NCBI GenBank assembly: GCA_027310405.1
Contig: DAIDAX010000001.1
Span: forward strand, 7,580-71,579
DNA: 64,000 nucleotides
Source of the DNA: a bacterium
Lineage (GTDB): Archaea > Aenigmatarchaeota > Aenigmatarchaeia > CG10238-14 > SCSR01
Reading direction: 5' to 3'
Part shown: positions 35,922 to 46,184 of the stretch, in pieces
Layout: each line of letters begins with the position of its first letter
Position numbering within the stretch: position 1 is the stretch's first letter
Program-made: the position numbers and the translations under genes
The notes under the pieces: model-generated
The model's input: only the letters and a program-made list of their open reading frames with translations
Told to the model about the DNA's origin: nothing
Database searches by the model: none

Positions 35922-36596
35922 TTATCCGGTCCACGAAAACGTTTGACCTTTTATAGATACAGCAGAACCTGTTATTAAATAGTTTCCGCTTAGTCCTACA
36001 TCTCCCTGAAATCCATCGATTCGTAGACTCTCGTTTTGTAGGTCCTCAGTAGCAGAACTGCCGCTAGTTTTTTTCAGCGTGCCGTAAACGTTCTGAAGAA
36101 CAAGAGGTTGTTTCGATAACGAAGAGATAGTGTAGTTCGCTGTAGAAAATTGCGAGATTATTTTCAATTTCTGACCTGAAGTTGAGCTTATGCTTACTGA
36201 ATTGAGTACTACAGAGTCAGCTTGTCCATTTAGAATAACTGTTCCGTAGCTGAATTGCGCTTGTCCGTTGAAGTTGTAAATTTGTACAGTTGCACCATTT
36301 CCGGGTTGATAGGACGAATCTCCGACTTGTAAAGTTATGAAATTTGTACCGAGCAAAACAATGTTGGAATTTTGTGCAGTGAGCGTTTGTCCGTCAAGTG
36401 AATTTGACAAAGTACTAAGACTAAACGAAAAAGCATTGCCACTAGGTGTTGGATTGAACAATGGGATGAACGAAGGTAAGTTGAGATATTTGCCTATATC
36501 GCCGATAACAGGTAAATTCAATGTTGTTGAACCGAAAAGTAAAACCAGAATACCCAAAATCACGACAATGGCAGCAATAATTTTAATCTTTGACAT
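35922..36596 (-). CDS. secreted/surface protein with N-terminal hydrophobic anchor (possible pilin-like)
   Basis: MSKIKIIAAIVVILGILVLLFG is followed by a T/S/N/Q-rich beta-rich domain. A class III signal peptide is not certain. Confidence 0.35.
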   Translation of the reverse strand: MSKIKIIAAIVVILGILVLLFGSTTLNLPVIGDIGKYLNLPSFIPLFNPTPSGNAFSFSLSTLSNSLDGQTLTAQNSNIVLLGTNFITLQVGDSSYQPGNGATVQIYNFNGQAQFSYGTVILNGQADSVVLNSVSISSTSGQKLKIISQFSTANYTISSLSKQPLVLQNVYGTLKKTSGSSATEDLQNESLRIDGFQGDVGLSGNYLITGSAVSIKGQTFSWTG

Positions 36597-36671
36597 TTTC
36601 CCTAAAACATTTTTGGCTAAACAAGAATATATTTATAGAGTGAAATCTTTCCTATAAGTAGAGGTTGACAA

Positions 36672-37862
36672 ATGGCTTTTGATTGGAGTGGTCTTCTCAG
36701 TAATTTGATCTACTTGGGGCTATTTTTCGTATTCATTTTCTTCTATCCAAGAATTATGATTTCACAGATGATGTTCAGTCTTGAAAGAACGGTAAACACT
36801 TTGGAGAAGTGGACAAATGAAGGAAAAAATATTGTCATTAAAAAAATCACGAAGAAACCGAGCAAGGAACTTAGAGAAGCGGTAAATAATTTTTTAGAAT
36901 TTTTCAGAATAGAACCAGTGAATATTGATCCTTATGGTGTGATGAAAAAGATAGAACATCTTGACGTTCTTTCTGATGAACGCTTGAAATATTTTGCAAA
37001 AAACATTGCACCGAAATTTGACACAGAAGCACAGGCAGACATTGTTGGTGGATTGAGTGGAGCAATAACTCTGCATCAAATTGCAAAAATAGTTAGACAT
37101 TATGTCGAAATGATTAGGAAAACTAAAAATCTCCAGCTTGCTTTAGTTTTACAGATGCAGCTACCGATGATTGAAAAACTTTCTCGAGCAATGCTTTATG
37201 CAACTGAAGCTCTCTCAAATGGTTGGCCGATTGGTGATTCTGTGGGACCACTCGTTGTAGCACATCTGATTGGAGATTCACACGTGAAAGAATTTGATGA
37301 TGAAACTTTGTATGTGCAAAAAAATCTTTTCGGGAAACAAGTTATAATTGTAAAAGCGAAAGGTCCAGGTGGACGTTTAGGAAAACTTGGAAGAGTAGTT
37401 GAAAAACTTTCGAAAGGAAAAAAGATTGCAAAAATAATCACGATTGATGCTGCACTAAAACTTGAAGGTGAAAAAACTGGATCAGTCGCAGAAGGAATCG
37501 GAGTTGCGATTGGTGGAAGTGGAGTTGATAGAAGTTACATCGAAAATGTCTCTACACAGAGTAGAATTCCTATTGATGCGGTTGCAATAAAAATGTCGCA
37601 GGAAGAAGCTGTAATGCCGATGAAGAATGAAATTTTCAATTCTGTTAATCATGCAATGAAAGTCGTTGAAGAAAATTTGAAGCGAACTCGCGGACACGGA
37701 AAAATAATTATTGTCGGAGTTGGAAATTGTTCTGGAATTGGAAATAATAAGAAAGCTGCAATGCAAGTTGAAACTTTGATTCGAAAAAATGCACAAACTG
37801 TGAAGAAAAAAGAGGAAGAAGAAGAGAGAGAACAGAAAAAGTGGAAACTCTTCGGATTCTAG
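36672..37862 (+). CDS. membrane-anchored hypothetical protein (396 aa) with K/E-rich tail
   Basis: It has an N-terminal TM, glycine-rich segments (GPGGRLGKLGR, GIGVAIGGSG) and a C-terminal KKKEEEEEREQKK tail. It may belong to an archaeal DUF family, but this is uncertain. Confidence 0.4.
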   Translation: MAFDWSGLLSNLIYLGLFFVFIFFYPRIMISQMMFSLERTVNTLEKWTNEGKNIVIKKITKKPSKELREAVNNFLEFFRIEPVNIDPYGVMKKIEHLDVLSDERLKYFAKNIAPKFDTEAQADIVGGLSGAITLHQIAKIVRHYVEMIRKTKNLQLALVLQMQLPMIEKLSRAMLYATEALSNGWPIGDSVGPLVVAHLIGDSHVKEFDDETLYVQKNLFGKQVIIVKAKGPGGRLGKLGRVVEKLSKGKKIAKIITIDAALKLEGEKTGSVAEGIGVAIGGSGVDRSYIENVSTQSRIPIDAVAIKMSQEEAVMPMKNEIFNSVNHAMKVVEENLKRTRGHGKIIIVGVGNCSGIGNNKKAAMQVETLIRKNAQTVKKKEEEEEREQKKWKLFGF

Positions 37863-39619
37863 ACTCCAGATTTTGTTTTGACTTGTCCTAAATCAAATCT
37901 TATTCTTCCGTCAGGATCTCTGTAGGCTGAACCATTCGTGGCATACTTTTCTAGTATGTGTCCGATCAATCTTGTGTATAGACCATTGCCGTCTATGTTG
38001 GCTTGAAGAGTCGATTCAACTTTATTGTGTTTTGTTCTGGCGAGTTTTCTTATTTCCCACTGCGCTCCATCGTCCGTCCGCTGAAGTTGAAAATTGATGT
38101 CAGCATAGCCATTCAGGTTTGCATATCCAAGAACTTCTGTGCCGAGAGGAACGAAGTATGCTGCGGCTTCTGCAAAGTATCTATGATCGTTAAACAAATC
38201 CCTCGCTATTCCAGCTGCGTGATTGAAAATTTTCGAAGCTTTTTCTACAGCTTTGATTGATGGTGGTTCTACGATTTCCCATCTGTCTCCGGCATGCAAC
38301 AGGCTTTCGAAAAATTGTGTTCCGTAATTGTGCCGCATGTGCTGTGCGGCCATTGAAGCAGAACCTCGGAATAGATATTCAATGGACATTGTTTTCAGAG
38401 CAGGATCTTTAGGATTTTGTATATCTTCAATTTTACCAATTGGTGATCTTACATTAAGAATTATAACTGGATCAGTAAAATGCTCTATGTCAACGTTAGG
38501 AAATAATTCTTCGAAGAACTTTGGTCTAGCTGTGTAACCAGATGCAATTCCAGCCCGTTCAGCTTCCGGTGCAAATGTCGGAGAAATTATTGCATATGTT
38601 TTTGACGTGGCTTTTAAAAATTTTCTATAACCAACTGTTCTTGACAAATTGTCGCTTGCTGCATAAGCCAGCGCTTGGGATAAATTAAATGGATTTGTAG
38701 AAAATGTAGTGGAAGTTCGAGCACACATCAATGCAGCATAACGAACGTCTTCTTTCGGTAATTTCTTTCCGTTGCCTGCGTCAATTTCGTAAAGTTCTTT
38801 CAAACTCGAAGTAAGTTCTTCCAGTCCTCGTCTTACCTTTTCAACTCCTTTGAATTCTTCGGGGATGATGTGAACAAGCAATGGAACATCCCTTCCGCTT
38901 TTTTCTTCCGAACCTCTGAACTCCGCATTGTCGATCGAGTTAAACAAAAACAAATCGTAACGTGTCACAAAATCCACTGAAAGCATTGGAGGAATAAGTT
39001 CTACAACTGAAGTGTGTCCTCGTGCTTCAAAATCTGGAAGTTCTTTTATTCTGTAAACAAGTGGAGCGTAAGGTTTTCCAGAAGCTGTTCTTCCCAGTCC
39101 GTGCAAAAGTTCCCATGAATTACTAGGACTTCTATCAGCAAATCCAGCAGCAAGCATTGCAAATTCTATGTTGTTGGGTTCTTTTCGCATCGCCATTAGG
39201 TTTAGTACACGCGTCCATAAAGCAATACGCTTTGCAAAAAAACTTTCGTCGACAACATCATGTTCTTTATTGATATCGAAAAATCGTAACTTCGGAAATG
39301 TTTCTTTGAATCTTTTTTTCCTTTCCGGATAAGGACTAATATAATCTATAGCGAGTTGGGTAAATTGTTCGGGTCTTAACTGAAAAGTGTCATCAAATCG
39401 AAATTCATTAGCAAAATCGTGAGTTATATCATCGTACTTAAGAAGTTCTACAGAGAAATTTCCTAAGTGTTGGCTGACTTGCCACATTGCATCTTCATAT
39501 TCCGTACTTTCTTTTTTCACTTCGTCATATAGATCGTGTATTTCATCGTCAGATACATTGTAAGGATAAAGAAGTTTTACTTCAGGTTCCCTTTCAACAA
39601 CTAATTCTGTAGTGAACAT
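37859..39619 (-). CDS. large hypothetical protein (586 aa)
   Basis: A long ORF with normal codon structure. I could not confidently place any motif. Confidence 0.4.
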   Translation of the reverse strand: MFTTELVVEREPEVKLLYPYNVSDDEIHDLYDEVKKESTEYEDAMWQVSQHLGNFSVELLKYDDITHDFANEFRFDDTFQLRPEQFTQLAIDYISPYPERKKRFKETFPKLRFFDINKEHDVVDESFFAKRIALWTRVLNLMAMRKEPNNIEFAMLAAGFADRSPSNSWELLHGLGRTASGKPYAPLVYRIKELPDFEARGHTSVVELIPPMLSVDFVTRYDLFLFNSIDNAEFRGSEEKSGRDVPLLVHIIPEEFKGVEKVRRGLEELTSSLKELYEIDAGNGKKLPKEDVRYAALMCARTSTTFSTNPFNLSQALAYAASDNLSRTVGYRKFLKATSKTYAIISPTFAPEAERAGIASGYTARPKFFEELFPNVDIEHFTDPVIILNVRSPIGKIEDIQNPKDPALKTMSIEYLFRGSASMAAQHMRHNYGTQFFESLLHAGDRWEIVEPPSIKAVEKASKIFNHAAGIARDLFNDHRYFAEAAAYFVPLGTEVLGYANLNGYADINFQLQRTDDGAQWEIRKLARTKHNKVESTLQANIDGNGLYTRLIGHILEKYATNGSAYRDPDGRIRFDLGQVKTKSGV

Positions 39620-39673
39620 TCAAAATTAAACTAATTCTAAAAGATTTATGTTTTGTTTTCGTTCATTTCAGAT

Positions 39674-40237
39674 TTAATATAATTTTTGTGCAACATCTTT
39701 TAGTTTTTCTTGAAAAACTTCCAATCCATCATCATTCTGAATTACAAAATCACACATTGACATGCATTTTCCAACCTGTTGTCCGTATTCTGGTTCGCCT
39801 TCTCCTTGGTCACGTTTGTCGAGTGCAATAAATTCTTCAAAAGTTTTCGGGTCTGTCTGTCGTTCACGAGTCTGAACTCTTTGCCAACGAATCTCCTGTG
39901 GAGCATCAACACCAATTAGGAAAAAATTTTTTCCAAAAGTTTTTTTCAACCATTCCGCTTCTCCAGGATTTCGAATTCCATCAACAATTATCAGTTCTCT
40001 TTCTCTTGGCAGATATTCCACACCCATTTTTGCTAGAATATGAGTTCCATAATTTTTTCTCATTTCGTTTCCAAAATCCTGAAGCGATTTTCTATTGAAA
40101 TCTTTTTTCTTTCTCTGCTCTTCAGCGCGAATCACAGAAGAAAGCGAAACGTAGTAAGAAGTAAATTTTTGTTGAAGAAAGTCTTTGACTACTTCTTTAC
40201 CGGAAGCAATCGTACCAGTGATGCCTATAACTTTCAT
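39674..40237 (-). CDS. P-loop nucleotide/nucleoside monophosphate kinase (CoaE/dNMP-kinase-like)
   Basis: VIGITGTIASGK is the Walker A motif and IIVDGIRNPGE is a DxD-type motif. It is adjacent to the dCMP deaminase gene. Confidence 0.55.
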   Translation of the reverse strand: MKVIGITGTIASGKEVVKDFLQQKFTSYYVSLSSVIRAEEQRKKKDFNRKSLQDFGNEMRKNYGTHILAKMGVEYLPRERELIIVDGIRNPGEAEWLKKTFGKNFFLIGVDAPQEIRWQRVQTRERQTDPKTFEEFIALDKRDQGEGEPEYGQQVGKCMSMCDFVIQNDDGLEVFQEKLKDVAQKLY

Positions 40238-40267
40238 TCAACAAAATTCGTTTTTCAAATTTAAATT

Positions 40268-40432
40268 AATTTTCTGTCCTAAAGATCAGCTGGACGAAGA
40301 GTTTTTCTACCGTTCGCCTTCGCACGTTCGATAGCACGCTTAAGTTTCCAGGCGACTTTATTGTCAAGTTCCTTGAAAAAGTCCCCACTAGCGCGCATAC
40401 CTTTCAGTTGAGAACGAACAGCAGATTTCACC
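40268..40432 (-). CDS. small histone-fold-like protein (54 aa)
   Basis: A manual translation reads MALVVKSAVRSQLKGMRASGDFFKELDNKVAWKLKRAIERAKANGRKTLRPADL. The C-terminal AKANGRKTLRPADL resembles the histone ARHAGRKTIKAEDI. It is below the ORF-track cutoff. Confidence 0.4.
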
Positions 40433-40511
40433 ACTAGTGCCATTAATCATTCACCTGAATTTCTATTGAATTTTAACACTATTTAAATTTGTTGTTTATT
40501 TGCCGAAATTC

Positions 40512-40982
40512 TCAAGAATTCGAAGGTTTAGAAAAAAGAACAAGTTCGACTCCCGCTTCTTTCATCAGGTTTGTTCCTAGTTCGTCTGGATATTTTTCTC
40601 CAGCAACAACTTTTGAAATTCCTGCATTGATTATCATTTTTGCACAAGTTGTACATGGCACATACGTTGTGTAAAGAACAGCACCGTTCGTATTTATTCC
40701 ATGTCTGGCCGCTTGAACGATTGCGTTTTCTTCAGCGTGAGAGCATGCACATGCGTCTAATGCTTCTCCAGAATTTATTTCACCTTTCACTCGCGCAGAA
40801 CATCTTGCACAACCACCGTCCGTGCAATGTTTTGTTTTTGATGGAGTTCCATTGTAGCCTGTAGCGATGACGCGATTTTCACGAACAAGAACAGCACCTT
40901 TTGCTGGTGATAAACAAGTAGAACGTTTCTTTGCAACTTGAGCAAGTTCCATGAAATATTCATCCCAAGTTGGTCGAGGCAT
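40512..40982 (-). CDS. dCMP deaminase (cytidine/deoxycytidylate deaminase zinc-binding family)
   Basis: HAEENAI...PCTTCAKMI are the zinc ligands (H/CAE and PCxxC motifs). Confidence 0.8.
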   Translation of the reverse strand: MPRPTWDEYFMELAQVAKKRSTCLSPAKGAVLVRENRVIATGYNGTPSKTKHCTDGGCARCSARVKGEINSGEALDACACSHAEENAIVQAARHGINTNGAVLYTTYVPCTTCAKMIINAGISKVVAGEKYPDELGTNLMKEAGVELVLFSKPSNS

Positions 40983-41011
40983 TGTTATTATAAAGCTGGG
41001 AAAAAATATAA

Positions 41012-41551
41012 ATGTTAAATCTACAGAGTGGTTTTATGGGATTGCGACCTGGAAGATCAATGAGAAAAGTTGAGAGACCTTACACGAGAGTCTCGAAAAG
41101 TGTGCCGAGAAAATCTTATGTTGTTGGTGTTCCTTTTCCAAAGACACACCAATTTGAAATGGGTGCGCGAACTGGAAATTTTGATACGACACTTTATCTT
41201 GTTGGAGAAAAATCTGTACAGATTCGAGATAATGCATTGGAAGCTGCAAGAATTGTTGCAAATAAATTTTTGGACACGAAAGTCGGACCGACAAATTATT
41301 TCATGAAAATTTTGAAGTATCCACATCATGTTTTGCGAGAGAAACCAATTGCAACAGGAGCAGGGGCAGATCGATATTCGCAAGGAATGGCACATGCGTT
41401 TGGAAAACCAGTTGGGACTGCGATACAGACAAAAGAAAATGAAAGACTTGTCATGCTCAAAGTTTCGAAACAAAATCTGGAACTTGCTAAAGCTGCACTG
41501 AAAAAATTTGGATTGAAAATTTCAACATCGACGAAAATTGTTTCAGCGTGA
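41012..41551 (+). CDS. rpl10e: 50S ribosomal protein L10e (L16 family)
   Basis: RPGRSMRKVERPYTRVSKSVPRKSYVVGVP is the typical L10e N-terminus. Confidence 0.85.
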   Translation: MLNLQSGFMGLRPGRSMRKVERPYTRVSKSVPRKSYVVGVPFPKTHQFEMGARTGNFDTTLYLVGEKSVQIRDNALEAARIVANKFLDTKVGPTNYFMKILKYPHHVLREKPIATGAGADRYSQGMAHAFGKPVGTAIQTKENERLVMLKVSKQNLELAKAALKKFGLKISTSTKIVSA

Positions 41552-42223
41552 TTATTTTTCCAATTTTTTGAATCCGTACGCGAGTCCTGCGAGAATTAAA
41601 ATTGAAAATAAAATATTGACGTAGTTGAATGTCGGAAATGCTGCGATTGCTAAAGATGTTGTAGGCTGTTGTTGCAAACCATTCCAGACCCAGAGCCAGC
41701 TAGCTGCACCGACCGAAGCAAAAACTATCGCCAACAAAGCGAACTTGTTCCCGTGTGGATGCTCTTCTGGCCTTCGAAGTCGAGACAGATATATGGAAAT
41801 TTCTCCTACCGTGTCTGCAATCTCTTTGTCCAGATCGTCTATAAGTTTTCTGTAGCGCGTTAGTTCCATGCCAGATTTCAATCTATGGTAATCCAAGTCG
41901 GAAGAATCTTCGATGTCCTTAAGTTCAGGATGCAGTCTCATGAACATTCTAAGAGCGTCTTTTTCAGAATATCCCCTGTGTGCAACGAATTCTTTTGCAG
42001 TCTCTATATCGGCTACAGTGTCATGCGCTTTCTGATAGCCTTCCCTAACAGATTGCAATTCCTGATAAGCAACCCCACCGAGTCTTACTTGCATTTTTAG
42101 ACGATTTGCTTCGTCCTTGTTTGGTGCATATCGATCAAGATCACTGCGGAGAGAGTTTCTGCCTCCCTCTGATCGTAGTTTGTAGCTGACCTCTTCTAAA
42201 AGTTTTCTTGAAACTGCTGGCAA
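41552..42223 (-). CDS. hypothetical protein with C-terminal TM anchors
   Basis: 223 aa; soluble helical N-region and two C-terminal hydrophobic helices. Confidence 0.35.
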   Translation of the reverse strand: MPAVSRKLLEEVSYKLRSEGGRNSLRSDLDRYAPNKDEANRLKMQVRLGGVAYQELQSVREGYQKAHDTVADIETAKEFVAHRGYSEKDALRMFMRLHPELKDIEDSSDLDYHRLKSGMELTRYRKLIDDLDKEIADTVGEISIYLSRLRRPEEHPHGNKFALLAIVFASVGAASWLWVWNGLQQQPTTSLAIAAFPTFNYVNILFSILILAGLAYGFKKLEK

Positions 42224-42247
42224 GTTCTCAATTAACTATTCACCTGC

Positions 42248-44524
42248 GTGCTAAAAATAGTTTATTTACAAAATAATATTATGGAGTATATTCTCTGGTT
42301 TGACAAAATTTCCAAAGATGACATTCCATTGGCCGGAGGTAAAGGTGCTAACCTCGGGGAGATGGTTCAGATTGGAATGCCTATTCCAGCAGGATTTGTC
42401 GTCACAACAAAAGCTTTCGATCGATTCTTGAAAGAGAATAATCTTGAAGATGAAATTCAGAGAATAATTTTACAAACAAACGTTGACAACGTTGTAGATC
42501 TGAAAGATACTTCTGCAAGAATAAAATCAATGATACTTGCTGCCGAAATTCCAGCGCAGATAAAAGGAGAAATTACTGAAGCTTACAAAATGCTCTCTTA
42601 TTCTGAAAATGTTGTTGCGAATGAAAAACTTTTGTCGCTGATTTCTCCTGGAAGAGAATATGCAATTGTTGCTGTCAGAAGTTCTGCGACCGCTGAAGAT
42701 TTACCGACTGCAAGTTTCGCTGGACAACATGAATCATTTCTAAATGTGAAAGGCGCGAAGGATGTTGTTGAGTCTGTAAAAAAAGTTTGGGCTTCGCTCT
42801 ATGATCCTCGTGCAATTTTTTATCGAGCAAAAAATAATGTCGAACGTGCGAGTATTGCAGTTATTGTGCAGAGAATGGTTAATGCTGATAAAAGTGGAGT
42901 GATGTTTACAAAAAATCCACAGACTGGAGAAGAAAATTTTGTAATCGAATCCACATGGGGACTTGGAGAAATGCTTGTCTCCGGATCAATCGAACCTGAT
43001 ACGTTTGTTGTTTCTCGAGATGGAAAAATTCTCTCTTCAAGAATTGGAAAAAAATCTTTGATGAAAATTCGTGATTATGCGACAGATAGAACTGTTGAAG
43101 TTAGAGTAGCTAGAGAAAGTATTGAAGCCCCCTCGTTGAATGAAAATGAAATCAGAGCGCTTGTAAAATATGGACTGTCGCTGGAACAGCATTATGGAAA
43201 ACCGCAAGACGTAGAATTTGCAATTGAAAGAAGTCGTTTACAAATTGTGCAGACGCGTGCGATAACAACTGAGGCAAAAGTTGAAGAAGTAGAAGTCAAA
43301 GGAAAACAAATTCTGAAAGGACTTGGAGCTTCACCTGGAGTTGCAACTGGAAGAGTTAAAATTGTTTATAACATTCAAGACATTTCAAAAATTCAAAACA
43401 AAGATGTTCTCGTCACGACAATGACCTCTCCCGATTTAGTTCCAGCGATGAGAAAATGTTCTGCAATAATCACTGATCTTGGTGGAGTAACTTCACATGC
43501 TGCAATTGTTTCTCGTGAGATGGGAATTCCTGCAATTGTTGGAACGAAGGATGCGACAAAAGTTTTGAAAGATGGACAGACTGTTACTGTTGATGCTTAC
43601 CATGGAGTTGTTTATCTCGGAGAAAGTTGGATCAAATCTCCAGAAAAAATTTTCGAAGAGAAAGAAAAATTTTCTGTGCCTACAAAAGTTTCAGTGAAAG
43701 TTAATCTTGTTTTTGCTGACAAAGCTGAAGAAGTTGCACAGAAAGTTGACGGAGTAGGTTTGCTGCGAATCGAACACATGATTGCTCAATTTGGTGTGCA
43801 TCCTGCAAAACTTTTGCATGAAGGAAGAATTGAAGAATACACAAAACTTTTAGTCGAAGGAATTCGCCCGATTGCTTCTGCATTTTCTGGAAAACCTGTT
43901 TGGGTTAGAACACTTGATGCGCGCAGCGACGAGTTTAGAAATTTGCAAGGTGGAGAAGAAGAACCGAAAGAAGATAATCCAATGCTCGGTTGGCACGGGA
44001 TTCGCAGAAGTTTGGATGAACCAGAATTGTTGAAAGCTGAATTCGAAGCAATGAAAAAATTGCATGAAGAAGGATTTTCAAATGTGCATGTCATGCTTCC
44101 GTTCGTGATTTCTGTTGACGAATTCACACATGCGAGAGAAATTGCAAAAGAACTGAACGTTCCTGGAGAAATGAAAATTGGAATAATGGTTGAAACTCCT
44201 GCAGCTGCATTGACAATTGAAGAATTTTGTAAACAGGGAATTGATTTTGTAAGTTTCGGAACAAATGATTTAACGCAATTAACTTTGGGAATCGACAGAA
44301 ACAATGAAAAAATTGCGAGTTTATTTTCAGAATTTCATCCTGCAGTTTTGAAACAAATTAAAAATGTAATTGACGTGACGAAAAAATACAACATCGAAAG
44401 TTCGATCTGTGGAGAGGCTGGAAGCAATCCAGAAATGGTGAAAATTTTAGCTGATTACGGAATAACGAGTGTTTCGTGCAACATCGATGCAATAGAAAAA
44501 ATCAAATCGATTCTCACTGGTTGA
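42248..44524 (+). CDS. ppsA: phosphoenolpyruvate synthase (PEP-utilising enzyme family)
   Basis: IPLAGGKGANLGEM marks the ATP-grasp N-domain, GGVTSHAAIVSREMGIPAIVG the phosphohistidine domain, and the C-terminus is a PEP-utilising TIM barrel. Confidence 0.85.
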   Translation: MLKIVYLQNNIMEYILWFDKISKDDIPLAGGKGANLGEMVQIGMPIPAGFVVTTKAFDRFLKENNLEDEIQRIILQTNVDNVVDLKDTSARIKSMILAAEIPAQIKGEITEAYKMLSYSENVVANEKLLSLISPGREYAIVAVRSSATAEDLPTASFAGQHESFLNVKGAKDVVESVKKVWASLYDPRAIFYRAKNNVERASIAVIVQRMVNADKSGVMFTKNPQTGEENFVIESTWGLGEMLVSGSIEPDTFVVSRDGKILSSRIGKKSLMKIRDYATDRTVEVRVARESIEAPSLNENEIRALVKYGLSLEQHYGKPQDVEFAIERSRLQIVQTRAITTEAKVEEVEVKGKQILKGLGASPGVATGRVKIVYNIQDISKIQNKDVLVTTMTSPDLVPAMRKCSAIITDLGGVTSHAAIVSREMGIPAIVGTKDATKVLKDGQTVTVDAYHGVVYLGESWIKSPEKIFEEKEKFSVPTKVSVKVNLVFADKAEEVAQKVDGVGLLRIEHMIAQFGVHPAKLLHEGRIEEYTKLLVEGIRPIASAFSGKPVWVRTLDARSDEFRNLQGGEEEPKEDNPMLGWHGIRRSLDEPELLKAEFEAMKKLHEEGFSNVHVMLPFVISVDEFTHAREIAKELNVPGEMKIGIMVETPAAALTIEEFCKQGIDFVSFGTNDLTQLTLGIDRNNEKIASLFSEFHPAVLKQIKNVIDVTKKYNIESSICGEAGSNPEMVKILADYGITSVSCNIDAIEKIKSILTG

Positions 44525-44945
44525 TGTAATTGTAAAACGGTTGGAGATCTGTAACGCTATATTTCTTGTACATGAAATCAAGCGGACCATGATAAACGAT
44601 TACACCTTTGTCTGTAACATCTCCATCATTTTCAATTACTTCATTTGCCCAAGAATTAAGTCTCATCAGGGTTATTCTTGCTTCTTCAGGACTAACTGAT
44701 CTTTTTGTAGTTCTACTTAGATACTCTGCTGTCTTTTCCGCTTTTCGTACGTCTGCGGTTCTCAATCTCCAACTCAACATATTTGAAAAGAGTTGCAATA
44801 AATATTTAAACTTAATAATTTTCATACACATCTTTGTTTTGTGGGGACTGGGTGGAGGTACGCTGATCCTGAAACGGATTTTCAGAGACTCGTCCTTACA
44901 GTTTTTGAATTGCCTTATTTGTTGCCGCAAGACATAGTAGCCCAA
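44514..44945 (-). CDS. hypothetical protein (start uncertain; internal Met candidates)
   Basis: The ORF overlaps the ppsA 3' end by 11 nt (convergent). The likely real start is at MCMKII or MKIIKF, giving about 100 aa. Confidence 0.3.
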   Translation of the reverse strand: MGYYVLRQQIRQFKNCKDESLKIRFRISVPPPSPHKTKMCMKIIKFKYLLQLFSNMLSWRLRTADVRKAEKTAEYLSRTTKRSVSPEEARITLMRLNSWANEVIENDGDVTDKGVIVYHGPLDFMYKKYSVTDLQPFYNYINQ

Positions 44946-45062
44946 ATCACAGACTGTATGTCGAAGGTATGACGATGGAAGTCAGCAGAAACAACATCAA
45001 CCTCAACGTTCACCCTTTGATCAATAGACCAATCTCAGCATATCAAAACAAGCGATGATTTT

Positions 45063-45135
45063 AGCCTCGACCGGGAATTGAACCCGGGACCTCGTGCTTA
45101 CCATGCACGCACTCTACCGACTGAGCTATCGAGGC
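45063..45135 (-). tRNA. tRNA-Thr (GGT)
   Basis: Acceptor GCCTCGA/TCGAGGC, D-arm GCTC-AGTCGGTA-GAGT, anticodon arm CGTGC-ATGGTAA-GCACG, T-arm CCGGG-TTCAATT-CCCGG and U73 discriminator. Confidence 0.85.
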
Positions 45136-45152
45136 ACTGTATATAAATTTGA

Positions 45153-45491
45153 TTGTTGATTTTAACTCTTATGAGCGAGAGAGAGTCGAAAGACAACGAA
45201 ATGTTGCAGTGTCTGTACCAACAAATTGAACTGTTTGCTCGTGAGAAAGGACTAAGAATTTATCCTCTTCGTGGTTCCGTGAAATATCCATGGGATGACA
45301 AATTAGAATTGGAATTGAGAGATTCTGCTTCCAGATTATATCTAAATGTTACTCTTGACATGTCTACACTTGAGAAAATTTTTATCACAATGAATCCGAA
45401 ATTTCAAGAAACCAAATCTTACAGAGATGATTTGAAAAAAAAACTGTGGGAGACTCGTATCAAGTTTGTCATGAACTATAAGTTTCGTTGA
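45153..45491 (+). CDS. hypothetical protein (112 aa)
   Basis: ORF only. Confidence 0.3.
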   Translation: MLILTLMSERESKDNEMLQCLYQQIELFAREKGLRIYPLRGSVKYPWDDKLELELRDSASRLYLNVTLDMSTLEKIFITMNPKFQETKSYRDDLKKKLWETRIKFVMNYKFR

Positions 45492-45570
45492 AAGAAGAAA
45501 AGATAGAAAAAATTTTCTCAAAAATCCATCTTACTGGACACACGAGAGAGGTTCTAGAAAGTTTGTAGAA

Positions 45571-46128
45571 TCAAATAGATTTGTTGATTGTTTTCATCAC
45601 AACATCTTTCAGGGTCGAGTACCTGAAAGCTAGTCGAATTAGAGGTTCTCTCAAAAACTCGTCAAAGTTGCTTTGGCGAGGCTGATCGAATGCTTCGCGA
45701 TATACTTCCGGATTAAACTCTAAGACTGAATGATAAAGTGGATGTCCGCGAACTGATCTGTCTGAACTTCTGGTGTAGCCGAGTAAGACGTAAGGTTCAA
45801 TAATAACTTTAGCAGAATGTACACGAAAAATAATTGTTGCCCTATCTTCCAGATTGCTTTTGCCATTAAATTTGGGTAAATAAACAGAACAATGTAATCC
45901 GTCCTTTCCAGTTAACGTACATAAGCTGAAATGTGCGTCCGGATTCTCGCCCAAGGGAAGTCGATCAAGGACAAAGTTAGATTCTGAGATTAATCTGGCC
46001 TGGCTTTTTTCTAATTCTAATTCTTTGCCGTTTATGGGTAGTTCGTATCTTTCGGGCGTCTTGGCAGCATCGACTACCAAACGTTTTCTTGGATTCCAAA
46101 ATTCTCTTTCAAGTTGTTTAAGACCCAT
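45571..46128 (-). CDS. hypothetical protein (185 aa)
   Basis: ORF only. Confidence 0.35.
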   Translation of the reverse strand: MGLKQLEREFWNPRKRLVVDAAKTPERYELPINGKELELEKSQARLISESNFVLDRLPLGENPDAHFSLCTLTGKDGLHCSVYLPKFNGKSNLEDRATIIFRVHSAKVIIEPYVLLGYTRSSDRSVRGHPLYHSVLEFNPEVYREAFDQPRQSNFDEFLREPLIRLAFRYSTLKDVVMKTINKSI

Positions 46129-46184
46129 ACTAACTTTTAGATTAATTAAAAATTTAAACTTACAAAAATTTTTCAGAAACTTTA

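Noticed and set aside
37859-39619. Possible ThyX, aaRS or ligase identity for the 586-aa protein
   Set aside because: The candidate motifs (RHR..S, KMSKS, KxDG) are not actually present. Any such assignment would be guesswork.
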